DNA from: Octopus bimaculoides
Lineage: Eukaryota
NCBI RefSeq assembly: GCF_001194135.2
Contig: NC_068999.1
Coordinates: 36,277,493 to 36,341,492 of the forward strand
Reading direction: 5' to 3'
Length of the DNA stretch: 64,000 bases
Positions 24,532-35,895 of the stretch are shown piece by piece. The notes under the pieces are model-generated. The model was not told the origin of the DNA. It ran no database searches and saw only the letters and a list, made by a program, of their open reading frames with translations. Made by a program: the position numbers and the translations under genes. Each line of letters begins with the position of its first letter. The first letter of the stretch is position 1.

Positions 24532-25851
24532 TATGAGGGTGGGCTGAAATGTTCATAGGCTGACTATGAAGGAGCAATGCTAGAGCTGTGAAATCTTTCA
24601 TGCATTAATTTCAACCCTTCTTTTTAGTGACTGCGTTTTTTTTTTTTTTTTTGGTTCCAAGTAAACTGATATTTGGTAGATCCAAGAAGGCTTCAAAAGT
24701 AACTAGTATGGATTTCTCTTGTAAACAGACGAAATTTGTCAAATTGATATTATCAAGAACCTGAAGACAAAGGGTTTAGCCCCCAAGGACATCCATGCCG
24801 TCATGGTTGCTATATTAGAGGATGATGCTCCAGCTTTATCAATAGTGCATAAAGTGTATAGTTGAATTTAGGAAGGCCTTGTTAGAATCTTGAAGATGAC
24901 CCTGGATTTGGACATCTTGCAACTGCCACCACCGAGGAAAAGATTGATCCTGTTCACCACGTAGTGATGGTTATCAGACGATTGCCTATAAATCAAATAG
25001 CCACTTCTATTAGCACATCGCGTGAGAGAATTGAGAATATTCTGCTGAATGGAATTGAAATTACGAAGGCTTCTGTTCGGTGGGTGTCATGTCATCTGAC
25101 ACCTAATCAAAAGCGCACTGAACTGATCATATCACGGGAAAATCTGACATTGTTTCAAGTCGATTCCGCTGGTTTCCTAGAAAGTGTTCAAATCTGGATG
25201 AGCGTTGGGTTCATCCCTTTCAGTCAGGGACAAAGAGAAGATCCATGCAGTGGAAATACCCTCTCCTTACCTGCTCCAAAAAGGCCAAGGTCGTATCATC
25301 TGCAGGGAAAGTGATGGCCCCAGATTTTTAGGATGTAAAAGGCATTGTATTTATTGACTATCTTCAAGAGGGCCACACCATCAATGAGGAGTACAATGAC
25401 AACATGCTGAGGCAGTTTCGAAAAGATATCAAGACCAACCTCCCAGGAAAACTGACGAAAAAGGTCCTGTTTCTTTTTACCAGGACAATGCTCCAGCACA
25501 CAAGTCCTTGGTTTCAATACCCGATGTGCGCGACTGTGGCTTTGAACTTGTTGATCACCCTCCTATTTGCAGAGTTGGTCCCATCAGAATATCATGTGTT
25601 TCCCAATATGAAACAGAACACTAGGCTGAGAACCAGAAGTATCGCAGGGATGATGACGTCATATCTGCAGTTGAAGACTTTTTTTTACCAAGATGTTAAA
25701 AGCCTCTTCACCAATGGGATTAACGCAGAGCAACACCGGTAGAAGGAGTGTGTTAACCGAAGGAAGGACTATGTTAAAAAATAAACTTCACCTGATCGCA
25801 TTTGATGAGAGTGTTTTGGTAAGCCTATGAACTTCTCAGCCGACCCTTGTA
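24532..25851 (+). mobile_element. Full-length decayed mariner (Tc1/mariner) DNA transposon
   Basis: 30-bp TIRs including terminal TA (24532-24561 and 25822-25851, 25/30 identical). Frameshifted transposase motifs VRWVSCHLT (WVPHEL), DERWVH, AGKVM, QDNAPAH and DHPP..AELVPSEYHVF (YSPDLAPSDY). Confidence 0.95.
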
Positions 25852-26050
25852 TGAACCATTGTGCAAAGTTGTGCGTACACATGCCTATGTATATTTCTTT
25901 AAAGCTATGCATATGGGCATGTGTAATTAAATGTCTGTATACATGTGTCTATGTGCATGATGATTTATATCTATCTACCAATCTATCTATATATTTGTTT
26001 ATTTATCTACCTATCTATAGGTACATACATACGTATATATATACATATAC

Positions 26051-26081
<31 letters not shown>

Positions 26082-26468
26082 TGTATGCATGAGTCACAAT
26101 TTATGGTGTGTTTGTGTATTTCTACGTGTCAGTCTCTATGTCTATATATTACCAAATTTGTATGTGTATGCGTCAATGAGTAAGACTGTGAATAACATGT
26201 ATGAATAATGTGTGTGAATCTATAGTTGTGTATGTCTGTGTGTATGTCTGTGTGTATGTATGTGCCTCGTGTGCATATGTTTTCTATAAACCAGAGTTTG
26301 TATGTGTAAGAGTGTGAAAGTATTTCTGTGTTAATCTTTGTGATTCTATGGGAATTAATCATGTACAAGTTTGTGTATGTGAAACTGCGTGTACCGTGTA
26401 TGTGTATCAATATGTCTAGATAAAAGTAGGCATTTATGCAGGCAGGCACATATATAGGCATGCATGTA

Positions 26469-26499
<31 letters not shown>

Positions 26500-27775
26500 N
26501 NNNNNNNNNNNNNNNNNNNNNNNNNNNNNNNNNNNNNNNNNNNNNNNNNNNNNNNNNNNNNNNNNNNNNNNNNNNNNNNNNNNNNNNNNNNNNNNNNNNN
26601 NNNNNNNNNNNNNNNNNNNNNNNNNNNNNNNNNNNNNNNNNNNNNNNNNNNNNNNNNNNNNNNNNNNNNNNNNNNNNNNNNNNNNNNNNNNNNNNNNNNN
26701 NNNNNNNNNNNNNNNNNNNNNNNNNNNNNNNNNNNNNNNNNNNNNNNNNNNNNNNNNNNNNNNNNNNNNNNNNNNNNNNNNNNNNNNNNNNNNNNNNNNN
26801 NNNNNNNNNNNNNNNNNNNNNNNNNNNNNNNNNNNNNNNNNNNNNNNNNNNNNNNNNNNNNNNNNNNNNNNNNNNNNNNNNNNNNNNNNNNNNNNNNNNN
26901 NNNNNNNNNNNNNNNNNNNNNNNNNNNNNNNNNNNNNNNNNNNTATATATATATATATATATATGTCTTTATGTATATATGCTGGTATACATATATGAAT
27001 ATATAAGTTTGTATAAATGTATGCGTATATGTATGCCTGTATGTATGCATGTATGCGTTGATATGTATGCTAGTACGTGTGTTTATATGCATTTATGTAT
27101 GGCCAACGATGGAGATTCCTTGTCTTCGTTTATTCGTCTCACTATTTTCCACACAATTAACCCTGTAATAAACCTCCTTCACTATCATTCAGCCAAAATC
27201 ATGTGGAGTTGAGGTCTTCACAAAAATACATTACAAAATAATTTTATATCAATTTTTTTATTAAGATTGATAGATGATAACGGATATGTTATATTTTTAA
27301 CGTATGTTGTTGTTCGTATTTGATTGTTTGTTATTGTTGTTATTTTTTAATATTTTAAGGGAAATAAAATATTCAAAAACAAATCGATCTATTTTTATTG
27401 AGGTTATTTATTTATTTGTTTATTTGGTAATGGAGTAGAAAATAAGGGAATTTTATTTTACGTCTGTCTCTTCCTGACGAGGAACACACACACAAACACA
27501 AGAACATATACAACCACATACACATACACACACCAAATAACTATCGCACACATATATACATATGCATACAAATACATAGACAAAAAGAGACCGTGGGAGA
27601 CAGAGGGAGATAGACAGAGACAGGGAGACAGAGGCAGTGAGAGAGAATAAGCGAACACATAAAACAAACACACGCATGCGTACACAGACACAAATACACA
27701 TTTGTATTTGTGTATGGACGTGAACATGTGTGTTTGTTTGCGTGTGTGTATGCATACATATATACACACACACAC

Positions 27776-27776
<1 letters not shown>

Positions 27777-27831
<55 letters not shown>
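27777..27831. repeat. (GATA)n microsatellite
   Basis: Direct inspection. Other GATA/TATC runs lie at 46388-46498, 46613-46662, 50921-50983, 53267-53333 and 57143-57334. Confidence 0.95.
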
Positions 27832-27833
<2 letters not shown>

Positions 27834-27958
27834 CGTAGTGTCGAGTTCCATCATATAAGTTACTCTGCTTTATGTACGTCGTTGATGTTGGCATAAACTG
27901 GATATGTTATAGAAAAATTGTTACTTATTACAAAATACATACATACATACATGCATGC

Positions 27959-28034
<76 letters not shown>

Positions 28035-29031
28035 NNNNNNNNNNNNNNNNNNNNNNNNNNNNNNNNNNNNNNNNNNNNNNNNNNNNNNNNNNNNNNNNNN
28101 NNNNNNNNNNNNNNNNNNNNNNNNNNNNNNNNNNNNNNNNNNNNNNNNNNNNNNNNNNNNNNNNNNNNNNNNNNNNNNNNNNNNNNNNNNNNNNNNNNNN
28201 NNNNNNNNNNNNNNNNNNNNNNNNNNNNNNNNNNNNNNNNNNNNNNNNNNNNNNNNNNNNNNNNNNNNNNNNNNNNNNNNNNNNNNNNNNNNNNNNNNNN
28301 NNNNNNNNNNNNNNNNNNNNNNNNNNNNNNNNNNNNNNNNNNNNNNNNNNNNNNNNNNNNNNNNNNNNNNNNNNNNNNNNNNNNNNNNNNNNNNNNNNNN
28401 NNNNNNNNNNNNNNNNNNNNNNNNNNNNNNNNNNNNNNNNNNNNNNNNNNNNNNNNNNNNNNNNNNNNNNNNNNNNNNNNNNNNNNNNNNNNNNNNNNNN
28501 NNNNNNNNNNNNNNNNNNNNNNNNNNNNNNNNNNNNNNNNNNNNNNNNNNNNNNNNNNNNNNNNNNNNNNNNNNNNNNNNNNNNNNNNNNNNNNNNNNNN
28601 NNNNNNNNNNNNNNNNNNNNNNNNNNNNNNNNNNNNNNNNNNNNNNNNNNNNNNNNNNNNNNNNNNNNNNNNNNNNNNNNNNNNNNNNNNNNNNNNNNNN
28701 NNNNNNNNNNNNNNNNNNNNNNNNNNNNNNNNNNNNNNNNNNNNNNNNNNNNNNNNNNNNNNNNNNNNNNNNNNNNNNNNNNNNNNNNNNNNNNNNNNNN
28801 NNNNNNNNNNNNNNNNNNNNNNNNNNNNNNNNNNNNNNNNNNNNNNNNNNNNNNNNNNNNNNNNNNNNNNNNNNNNNNNNNNNNNNNNNNNNNNNNNNNN
28901 NNNNNNNNNNNNNNNNNNNNNNNNNNNNNNNNNNNNNNNNNNNNNNNNNNNNNNNNNNNNNNNNNNNNNNNNNNNNNNNNNNNNNNNNNNNNNNNNNNNN
29001 NNNNNNNNNNNNNNNNNNNNNNNNNNNNNNN
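28035..29031. other. Largest scaffold gap (N run); one of about 19 gaps in the window
   Basis: N run flanked by (GT)n and (TA)n. Confidence 0.99.
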
Positions 29032-29059
29032 TATATATATATATATGAGCTGAAGTGAA

Positions 29060-29630
29060 TCAAACTAGTTTCAGCTGACGAGCTGTGGCTATGCTGGGGC
29101 ACCGCCATTTGGTGTTGCTACATGATTTTTACTTCATTAATTCTTTTTAAGATTTGACTGTTGGTGCATGAGGGAGTTTGACGCCTCTGCTTGATTTGCA
29201 CTTACTACTGCGAAGTTGATTCATCTGGGGCTCTTGACAGTAAGAGATCTAGATTTGTTTTGAAGACATCTACATCCTCCCCATGTAGGTCTCTTAGGCC
29301 CTTCGAGAGGATATTGAAGAGCTGTGGACCTTTAAATCTCAGGCTATTACAATATTTTCTTCTATATTTAAATGATGTTTGGGGTCTTTGTCACTATGCA
29401 ATGGCGCTTTGTTCTAGCGTTAGTGTAACACCCACTACCAAAGTTTGGGACAAATCTCTACAGGATCTTCCAGATGCATATTACAGCATATCTTCTCCGC
29501 CTATGTTCCAGGGAATAGAATTTCAATCTCTTGAGCATTTTTCCAGCAGCCTATATGCTGCATGGATGCTATCTTCTTCATGTAGGTTCGTTGGATTGCC
29601 ACAAGTTCTGCAATTAATTTTACACTGGTT
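29060..29630 (-). mobile_element. CR1/L2-group LINE 3' end, decayed
   Basis: Minus frames give LKRLKFYSLEHRRRRYAVICIWKIL, GPQLFNIL, then a 3' UTR ending ggcggtgccccagcatagccacagctcgtcagctgaaac. Homologous to 33390-34345. Confidence 0.88.
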
Positions 29631-29694
29631 ATATATAAATATGATTGTGTGCATTTAGAAAGAATAATTACTTTGTACATGCAAGCATATATTC

Positions 29695-29905
29695 TTATGT
29701 ACTCTAGCACCAGATCCTGATTTTTTGGGGAGGGACCTGTCGATTAGATCGACCCCAGTAAGCAACTGGTACTTAATTAATCGACCCCGAAAGGATGAAA
29801 TGCAAAGTCAACCTCGACAGAATTTGAACTCAGAACGTGAAGACAGACAAAATACCGCTAAGCATTTCGCGCGGCGTGCTAACGTTTCTGGTAGCTCACC
29901 GCCTT
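29695..29905 (-). mobile_element. SINE S1, full length
   Basis: Reverse complement of aaggcggtgagct..cagaaacgttagcacgccg..cttagcggtatt..ctgagttcaaattc..actggggtcgatctaatcga. Confidence 0.92.
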
Positions 29906-29929
29906 ACATGCAAGTGTATATTGATACAC

Positions 29930-29961
<32 letters not shown>

Positions 29962-30489
29962 ATGTGTGTGTGGGGGGGGGTATTAATCAATTTTATTTGA
30001 AGATTACTCGCCAATAGAGTGAGTGCCGGTTTCTGACTGAGATCCAAGGCTCCTTCATTAGAATTTCAACAAGATCAACGGGGTGATTTTGTATGTATGT
30101 GTGTGTATGTGCAGTAGAGTAACTGTAGATATTTCAATAGTTCACTGTAGGTATTTTGTTTCTTTTATCTTTAGGTTTATGTTAACATCCGCTGGGCAAT
30201 GTATGTATATATGCATGTAAGTATGTATGTATGTATGTATGTACGTATGTTTGTATGCATGCATGTATGTACGTATGTTTGTATGCATTCATGCATGTAT
30301 GTATATATGTATGTATGTATGTTTGTATGCATGTAGGCAAGTATGTGTGTATTATATATGCATGTATGTGCGCACGTGTATAAACGATAAAAAAACGATA
30401 AAGAGCCTTCCCGAGTCATATAATCTCATAGCGCCGGCGCCGCGTTTTCCTTGGTACATAAACTTTCTACAGGAAACTGTCTGTTGTAG

Positions 30490-30615
30490 GGTTACTCATT
30501 TTTTCCACCTGATTAGACAGCAGCATGAAGTGGAACACTTTGCTCAAGAACACAATGCGTTGCCCAGTCCAGGATTCGAAACCACAATCTTGCGATCAAG
30601 AAATCATGTATCCAA
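30490..30615 (-). mobile_element. SINE S3, partial head and core
   Basis: cactttgctcaagaacacaa..ggattcgaaacc is the reverse complement of the B-box and core. Confidence 0.6.
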
Positions 30616-30637
30616 TACCTTGAACAATAAACTACTC

Positions 30638-30681
<44 letters not shown>

Positions 30682-32084
30682 NNNNNNNNNNNNNNNNNNN
30701 NNNNNNNNNNNNNNNNNNNNNNNNNNNNNNNNNNNNNNNNNNNNNNNNNNNNNNNNNNNNNNNNNNNNNNNNNNNNNNNNNNNNNNNNNNNNNNNNNNNN
30801 NNNNNNNNNNNNNNNNNNNNNNNNNNNNNNNNNNNNNNNNNNNNNNNNNNNNNNNNNNNNNNNNNNNNNNNNNNNNNNNNNNNNNNNNNNNNNNNNNNNN
30901 NNNNNNNNNNNNNNNNNNNNNNNNNNNNNNNNNNNNNNNNNNNNNNNNNNNNNNNNNNNNNNNNNNNNNNNNNNNNNNNNNNNNNNNNNNNNNNNNNNNN
31001 NNNNNNNNNNNNNNNNNNNNNNNNNNNNNNNNNNNNNNNNNNNNNNNNNNNNNNNNNNNNNNNNNNNNNNNNNNNNNNNNNNNNNNNNNNNNNNNNNNNN
31101 NNNNNNNNNNNNNNNNNNNNNNNNNNNNNNNNNNNNNNNNNNNNNNNNNNNNNNNNNNNNNNNNNNNNNNNNNNNNNNNNNNNNNNNNNNNNNNNNNNNN
31201 NNNNNNATATATATATATATATATATATAGTTTAATAACATTTTGATTCAAGTTCGTAAACTCGCCAAACGAACCTAACTCGTCAGGTTGAAATCTATGT
31301 TGTGAGGCTCGTAGAAACCGAAATTCATAAGCTCATTTGACCACAGAAAGACAAAATAGAATCACCAGAACTAGAGGAGTCACATGTCACAGCGATTCAC
31401 ACATGAGGTCGGAAAATGTGTTACGAGAGATTTTGACAAACGCATAAACTAAAACAATACGAATTAAAGAGAAGATCAAATAAATGGAGCTTGTGTTTAA
31501 TTGGCAAAAAATTTTTTAAAAACGGGTAACCATCCCCAAGTATAACAACATATATGTTTATGTGTGTGTGTATATATATATATATGATTATATGCTACTA
31601 CTTGTATGCACACACACACACATATGTGCATGAATATATTTATAACAGCATATCCACACCTATACATGTTCAAGTATGCATTTGTGAATGCAGAAACAGC
31701 TTAGTGAGTTCGTGTAATGACTTGTACTTGGGAATTTAATAATAATGTTTTTAAATTTCTTCTTTGTTTTAATTAATTATCACCTAATGGAATTGAATGC
31801 ATCACATTTACTAATTAAACAATAGTCGCAATTAAATATAATTCAATTATCGGCCAAGTCAGTGTCTTCGTGTGGAATTCCTTTAATACAGCACATTTTC
31901 AGGGGGGAATTTTTTTTTGTGTGTTTTTCTCTTTCGTATTTCATTGTTATTTTGTCTCTACGTTCTGCGTTCAGATGCTGTGTTTGACGGCTTTATATTT
32001 GTTTTTCACGGTTCGATCCAATCACTATTGCTTATTCCTCACTCAAAATAACCGGCTGGTTTTGTGCCTAAGCTAGCAATAACA

Positions 32085-32225
32085 ATGGTGATAGTTTGGC
32101 TGAATCGATAGAGCGTCGGGCATTCTGCACTGTGATGTTTAATTACATCTTTTCAAGATCTGAGTTCGAACTTCACCATTTTCAGCTCAGCTTTTCATCC
32201 TTTTGGAGTCAATAAAGTAAAGTAT
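32085..32225 (+). mobile_element. SINE S1, degenerate
   Basis: ggctgaatcgatagagcgtcggg..ctgagttcgaactt..ttttcatccttttggagtcaataaa. Confidence 0.6.
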
Positions 32226-32269
32226 CAATGATCATTTATGCGTGTATTACTGAAATACGGTGGTATTTT

Positions 32270-32480
32270 ATTTTTCTTTACTTGTTTCAGTCATTGGCCT
32301 ACGGTCATGCTGGGCCACCGCCTTGGAGGGCTTTAGTCGAAACAGATCGACCCCACTACTTTTTTTTTTTAAGCTGGCTGTTATTCTATCGGGTCCTTTA
32401 TCTAACTGCTATGTTACAGGAACACATGCAAACCAACACCAGTTGTCAAGCGGGACGTGGACAAATACACGCACACAGGT
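32270..32480 (-). mobile_element. SINE S2, 3' half
   Basis: tttacttgtttcagtcattgg..catgctgggccaccgcc..gttgtcaagcg. Confidence 0.8.
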
Positions 32481-33389
32481 ATATATATNNNNNNNNNNNN
32501 NNNNNNNNNNNNNNNNNNNNNNNNNNNNNNNNNNNNNNNNNNNNNNNNNNNNNNNNNNNNNNNNNNNNNNNNNNNNNNNNNNNNNNNNNNNNNNNNNNNN
32601 NNNNNNNNNNNNNNNNNNNNNNNNNNNNNNNNNNNNNNNNNNNNNNNNNNNNNNNNNNNNNNNNNNNNNNNNNNNNNNNNNNNNNNNNNNNNNNNNNNNN
32701 NNNNNNNNNNNNNNNNNNNNNNNNNNNNNNNNNNNNNNNNNNNNNNNNNNNNNNNNNNNNNNNNNNNNNNNNNNNNNNNNNNNNNNNNNNNNNNNNNNAG
32801 TCTTAGTCGATCAAATATGATATGCATTACTATGCACAATTTGGGAATTTACCAAATCATCCAAAACGAACGTAAGCTGATTAAACAATATATAATTCTG
32901 AAATCTTTTGTGTTTTGCTGCACTTACATAGTTAATAACAGTGATCAAGTATTCACGTTCATATCTTATATGCAAATGTTGCCATAAAGATGTGCACGTT
33001 TATTGTGCGTTCATATTTATGCATGAGTATATATATATTTATGCATGAGTATATATATATATATTTGTATGTATGTATATATGTATGTATAAATACATAT
33101 GTATGTGTATATATATACATACATACATACATACATACATACATACATACAACCAAATTTACGGAATGGAATAAGTAAAATTCAGGATGTATATGTTTCC
33201 TAGCCAGCAGATTCTCTGATGTAATAATTACTCAACGAGGGGTGTATTCAACTGGCTACACATAACGCCAAAGATAACTTAGTTATATGAAGGATACAAG
33301 TTGTTAGCCGTGAACAAGAAAAAAATCTTTTTCAGCTCATAGAACTTCGCTATGAAAAAATACTACAACCTTCTCTAATAAATGATTAC

Positions 33390-34345
33390 TGTCCCTAAAC
33401 AGAAAATACAGAATCCAGCGTTGTTGCACATCCGTAGCAGGAGTTGGACTCAATTTACAGATGTGCTAAGGATACTAATATGCAATTTAATACTGAAAAA
33501 TTCCGTATCCTGCGCTACCAGCGTCCAAAAATGAATATGAAACTTACAGGGTACACTGGTCCACAGGGAATTACAATCCCAGAGCCTAAAACAGTGAGGG
33601 AGCTGGGTATTGACATGATTATCCCTCTTTCCAAGTGCACATTCCCATGATGGCGACAAAGCGCAGATGACTGGCTGGCTGGATCCTGAGAACATTCGGA
33701 ACGAGAGATAAGGAAACCATGATGATCCTATGGAGGACATTCGTCTTCAGCCGCCTGAATTACTGCTCCCAGCTATGTTCACCCAACAGCGTAAAATTTA
33801 CAGCGGACCCTGAAGCAATCCAGCGAATCTTCAGAAAGAAGTGCCTCTCTTTGTAACATCTCAGCTACTGGGAAAGGCTGAAACAGCTAAAACTCTACTC
33901 CGTGGAGCGAAGGATGGAGAGGTATGCAGTAATGTACATCTGGAAGATCCTGGAAGGAATTGGGCCTATTTTTGGCATTGACAGCTACACCAATGCCAGA
34001 ATGGGTAAACACGGCATAATGCCAAAGATCCCAGCAATGCCATCGCGCTTCAGGACCAGTTACTTCAACAGCCTGGGTTTCCGGGGCCCACAAGTTTTAA
34101 TATTCTCCTAAAGTGCCAGAGGTACCTGCACAAAGTAGGCGTATTTAAAATCAAGGCTGGACGTCTTCCTGTCGAGAATCCTAGATGAACCTACCTCACG
34201 GAAAGAGGTGCAACTAAGGGTAGCTACATCAATCTTCATTCTCCACCAAGTGCGACATATTATAGAGGGCTCTCAGTAATAACAATGTAGCAAAACGGCG
34301 GTGCTCCAGTATGGAAACAGCTCTGAGATGAAACCACGAAAAAAT
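33390..34345 (+). mobile_element. CR1/L2-group LINE ORF2 3' portion and 3' UTR, decayed
   Basis: MQFNTEKF, VRELGIDM, GWILRTF..LWRTFVFSRLNYCSQL, YWERLKQLKLYSVERRMERYAVMYIWKILEG, NSLGFRGPQ. Frameshifts and stops present. Confidence 0.92.
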
Positions 34346-34349
34346 ATAT

Positions 34350-34523
34350 AGGCGAAGGAGTGGCTGTGTGGTACGTAGCTTGCTGACCAACAACATGGTT
34401 CCGGGTTCAGTCCCACTGCGTAGCACTTTGGGCAAGTGTCTTCTACTATAGCTTCGGTCCGACCAAAACTTTGTGAGTGGATTTGGCAGACGGAAACTGA
34501 AAGAAGCCCCTCGTATATAGATA

Positions 34524-34554
<31 letters not shown>

Positions 34555-34730
34555 CTGCGTTTGTGTGCATGTCCAATATCGCTGGTGTGTTTACGTCCTC
34601 GTAAACTAGCGGTTCGGCAAAAGAGACCGATAGAATAAGTATTAGGCTTACAAGGAATAAGACTCGGGGTCGATTTGCTCGACTAAATGCGGTGCTCCAG
34701 CATGGCCGCAGTTAAAAAGAATAAAAGAAT
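34350..34730 (+). mobile_element. SINE S2, full length with internal (GT)n
   Basis: ggagtggctgtgtggt (A-box-like), ggttcagtccc (B-box-like), internal microsatellite, tail gcggtgctccagcatggccgcag. Confidence 0.92.
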
Positions 34731-34783
34731 GTATATATACAATATATAATATATATATATATAATATATAAATAATATACATA

Positions 34784-34835
<52 letters not shown>

Positions 34836-34837
34836 AA

Positions 34838-35895
34838 TCTACTAGATATGTGGAAAATCGGTGTGTGTTTGTTTGTGGCGTTGTTAGCTAACTCCTCCTA
34901 CATCGTTTTATTTATTTTGATGAAACTTGACACGTGAGTAGAACTCATGTCTGAAAACCTAGTGACATACTTGTTGAAAAATCCATAATACAGCCCCTGG
35001 AAGAGATCTTTATATCTACCTCATATAACTAATTTTTTAAAACACCCAAGGGAAATAACCCATAGCACCTACACAATATTTTCTAAACATTCAAGAGAAA
35101 TAACCCATAGCACTTGCATTTACAGTTGTTAATTTTTACCGAAGCTATCAATATTTGATTCTCGCGATCAGCAGACCTAATTCTACATTTCACTACTGAC
35201 AGTGTTCAACTGCTAAACCTTATTATTGCACTTCCGTGGTCCATGTACAAGTTCAATACCCATAACTTCGACACTTCTGCATTTTTCCAGTTAAGATTTT
35301 TCGATGACACTACATAAATGTTTTACTCCAGAACGTATTTAATAAGTGTATCCCAATACAATGAAGTCATACTTAGAATTCTTAGAATGCTTAGAATGCT
35401 TAGAATGCTTAGAATTCTTAAAAAATGAAACCACACTTCCACACAACATTCAGTTGGGACACCCTGTATCACTAAAATTTATTTTACAAATCATGATATT
35501 TATTGCTTATTTACAGGTCATACAACATTTTCATGAAACTAATTGAACCATCGAATTTAGAAATATTTTACAGGTTTCATTGTTTATGTTCGATTACTTT
35601 GAATATTGATTTTTGCGTGTTCAATTTCTAATTTTTGCAGACAATATCACTTTTATAATTTATTTGACACGTGAGTAGAACTCATGTCTGGAAACCTCGT
35701 AACCTACTTATCGATAATTGGGCTCCTCCAATGGATCCTTCTATCTACTACGTATTACTAATATTTTATTTAAACAACCCAAGGGAAAGAACCCATACTA
35801 CCTCCAGTTTCTAGCGAAGCGGTCAATATTTCATTCTTACGATAGGCCGAACTAATTCTGCATTTCACTACTGCTAAACATTATTATTGCACTTC
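34838..35895 (+). mobile_element. Putative Helitron-like non-autonomous element with internal diverged duplication
   Basis: Starts A|TC (atctactag..), followed by tgtgtgtttgtttgt and gatgaaacttgacac, a layout recalled from insect non-autonomous Helitrons. 34928-35235 is duplicated at 35665-35893. 3' CTRR end not identified. Confidence 0.45.

Noticed and set aside
35372-35416. Short regular repeats (also 46778-46837) considered as CRISPR-like
   Set aside because: Directly adjacent units with no unique spacers, no cas genes, and a eukaryotic context.
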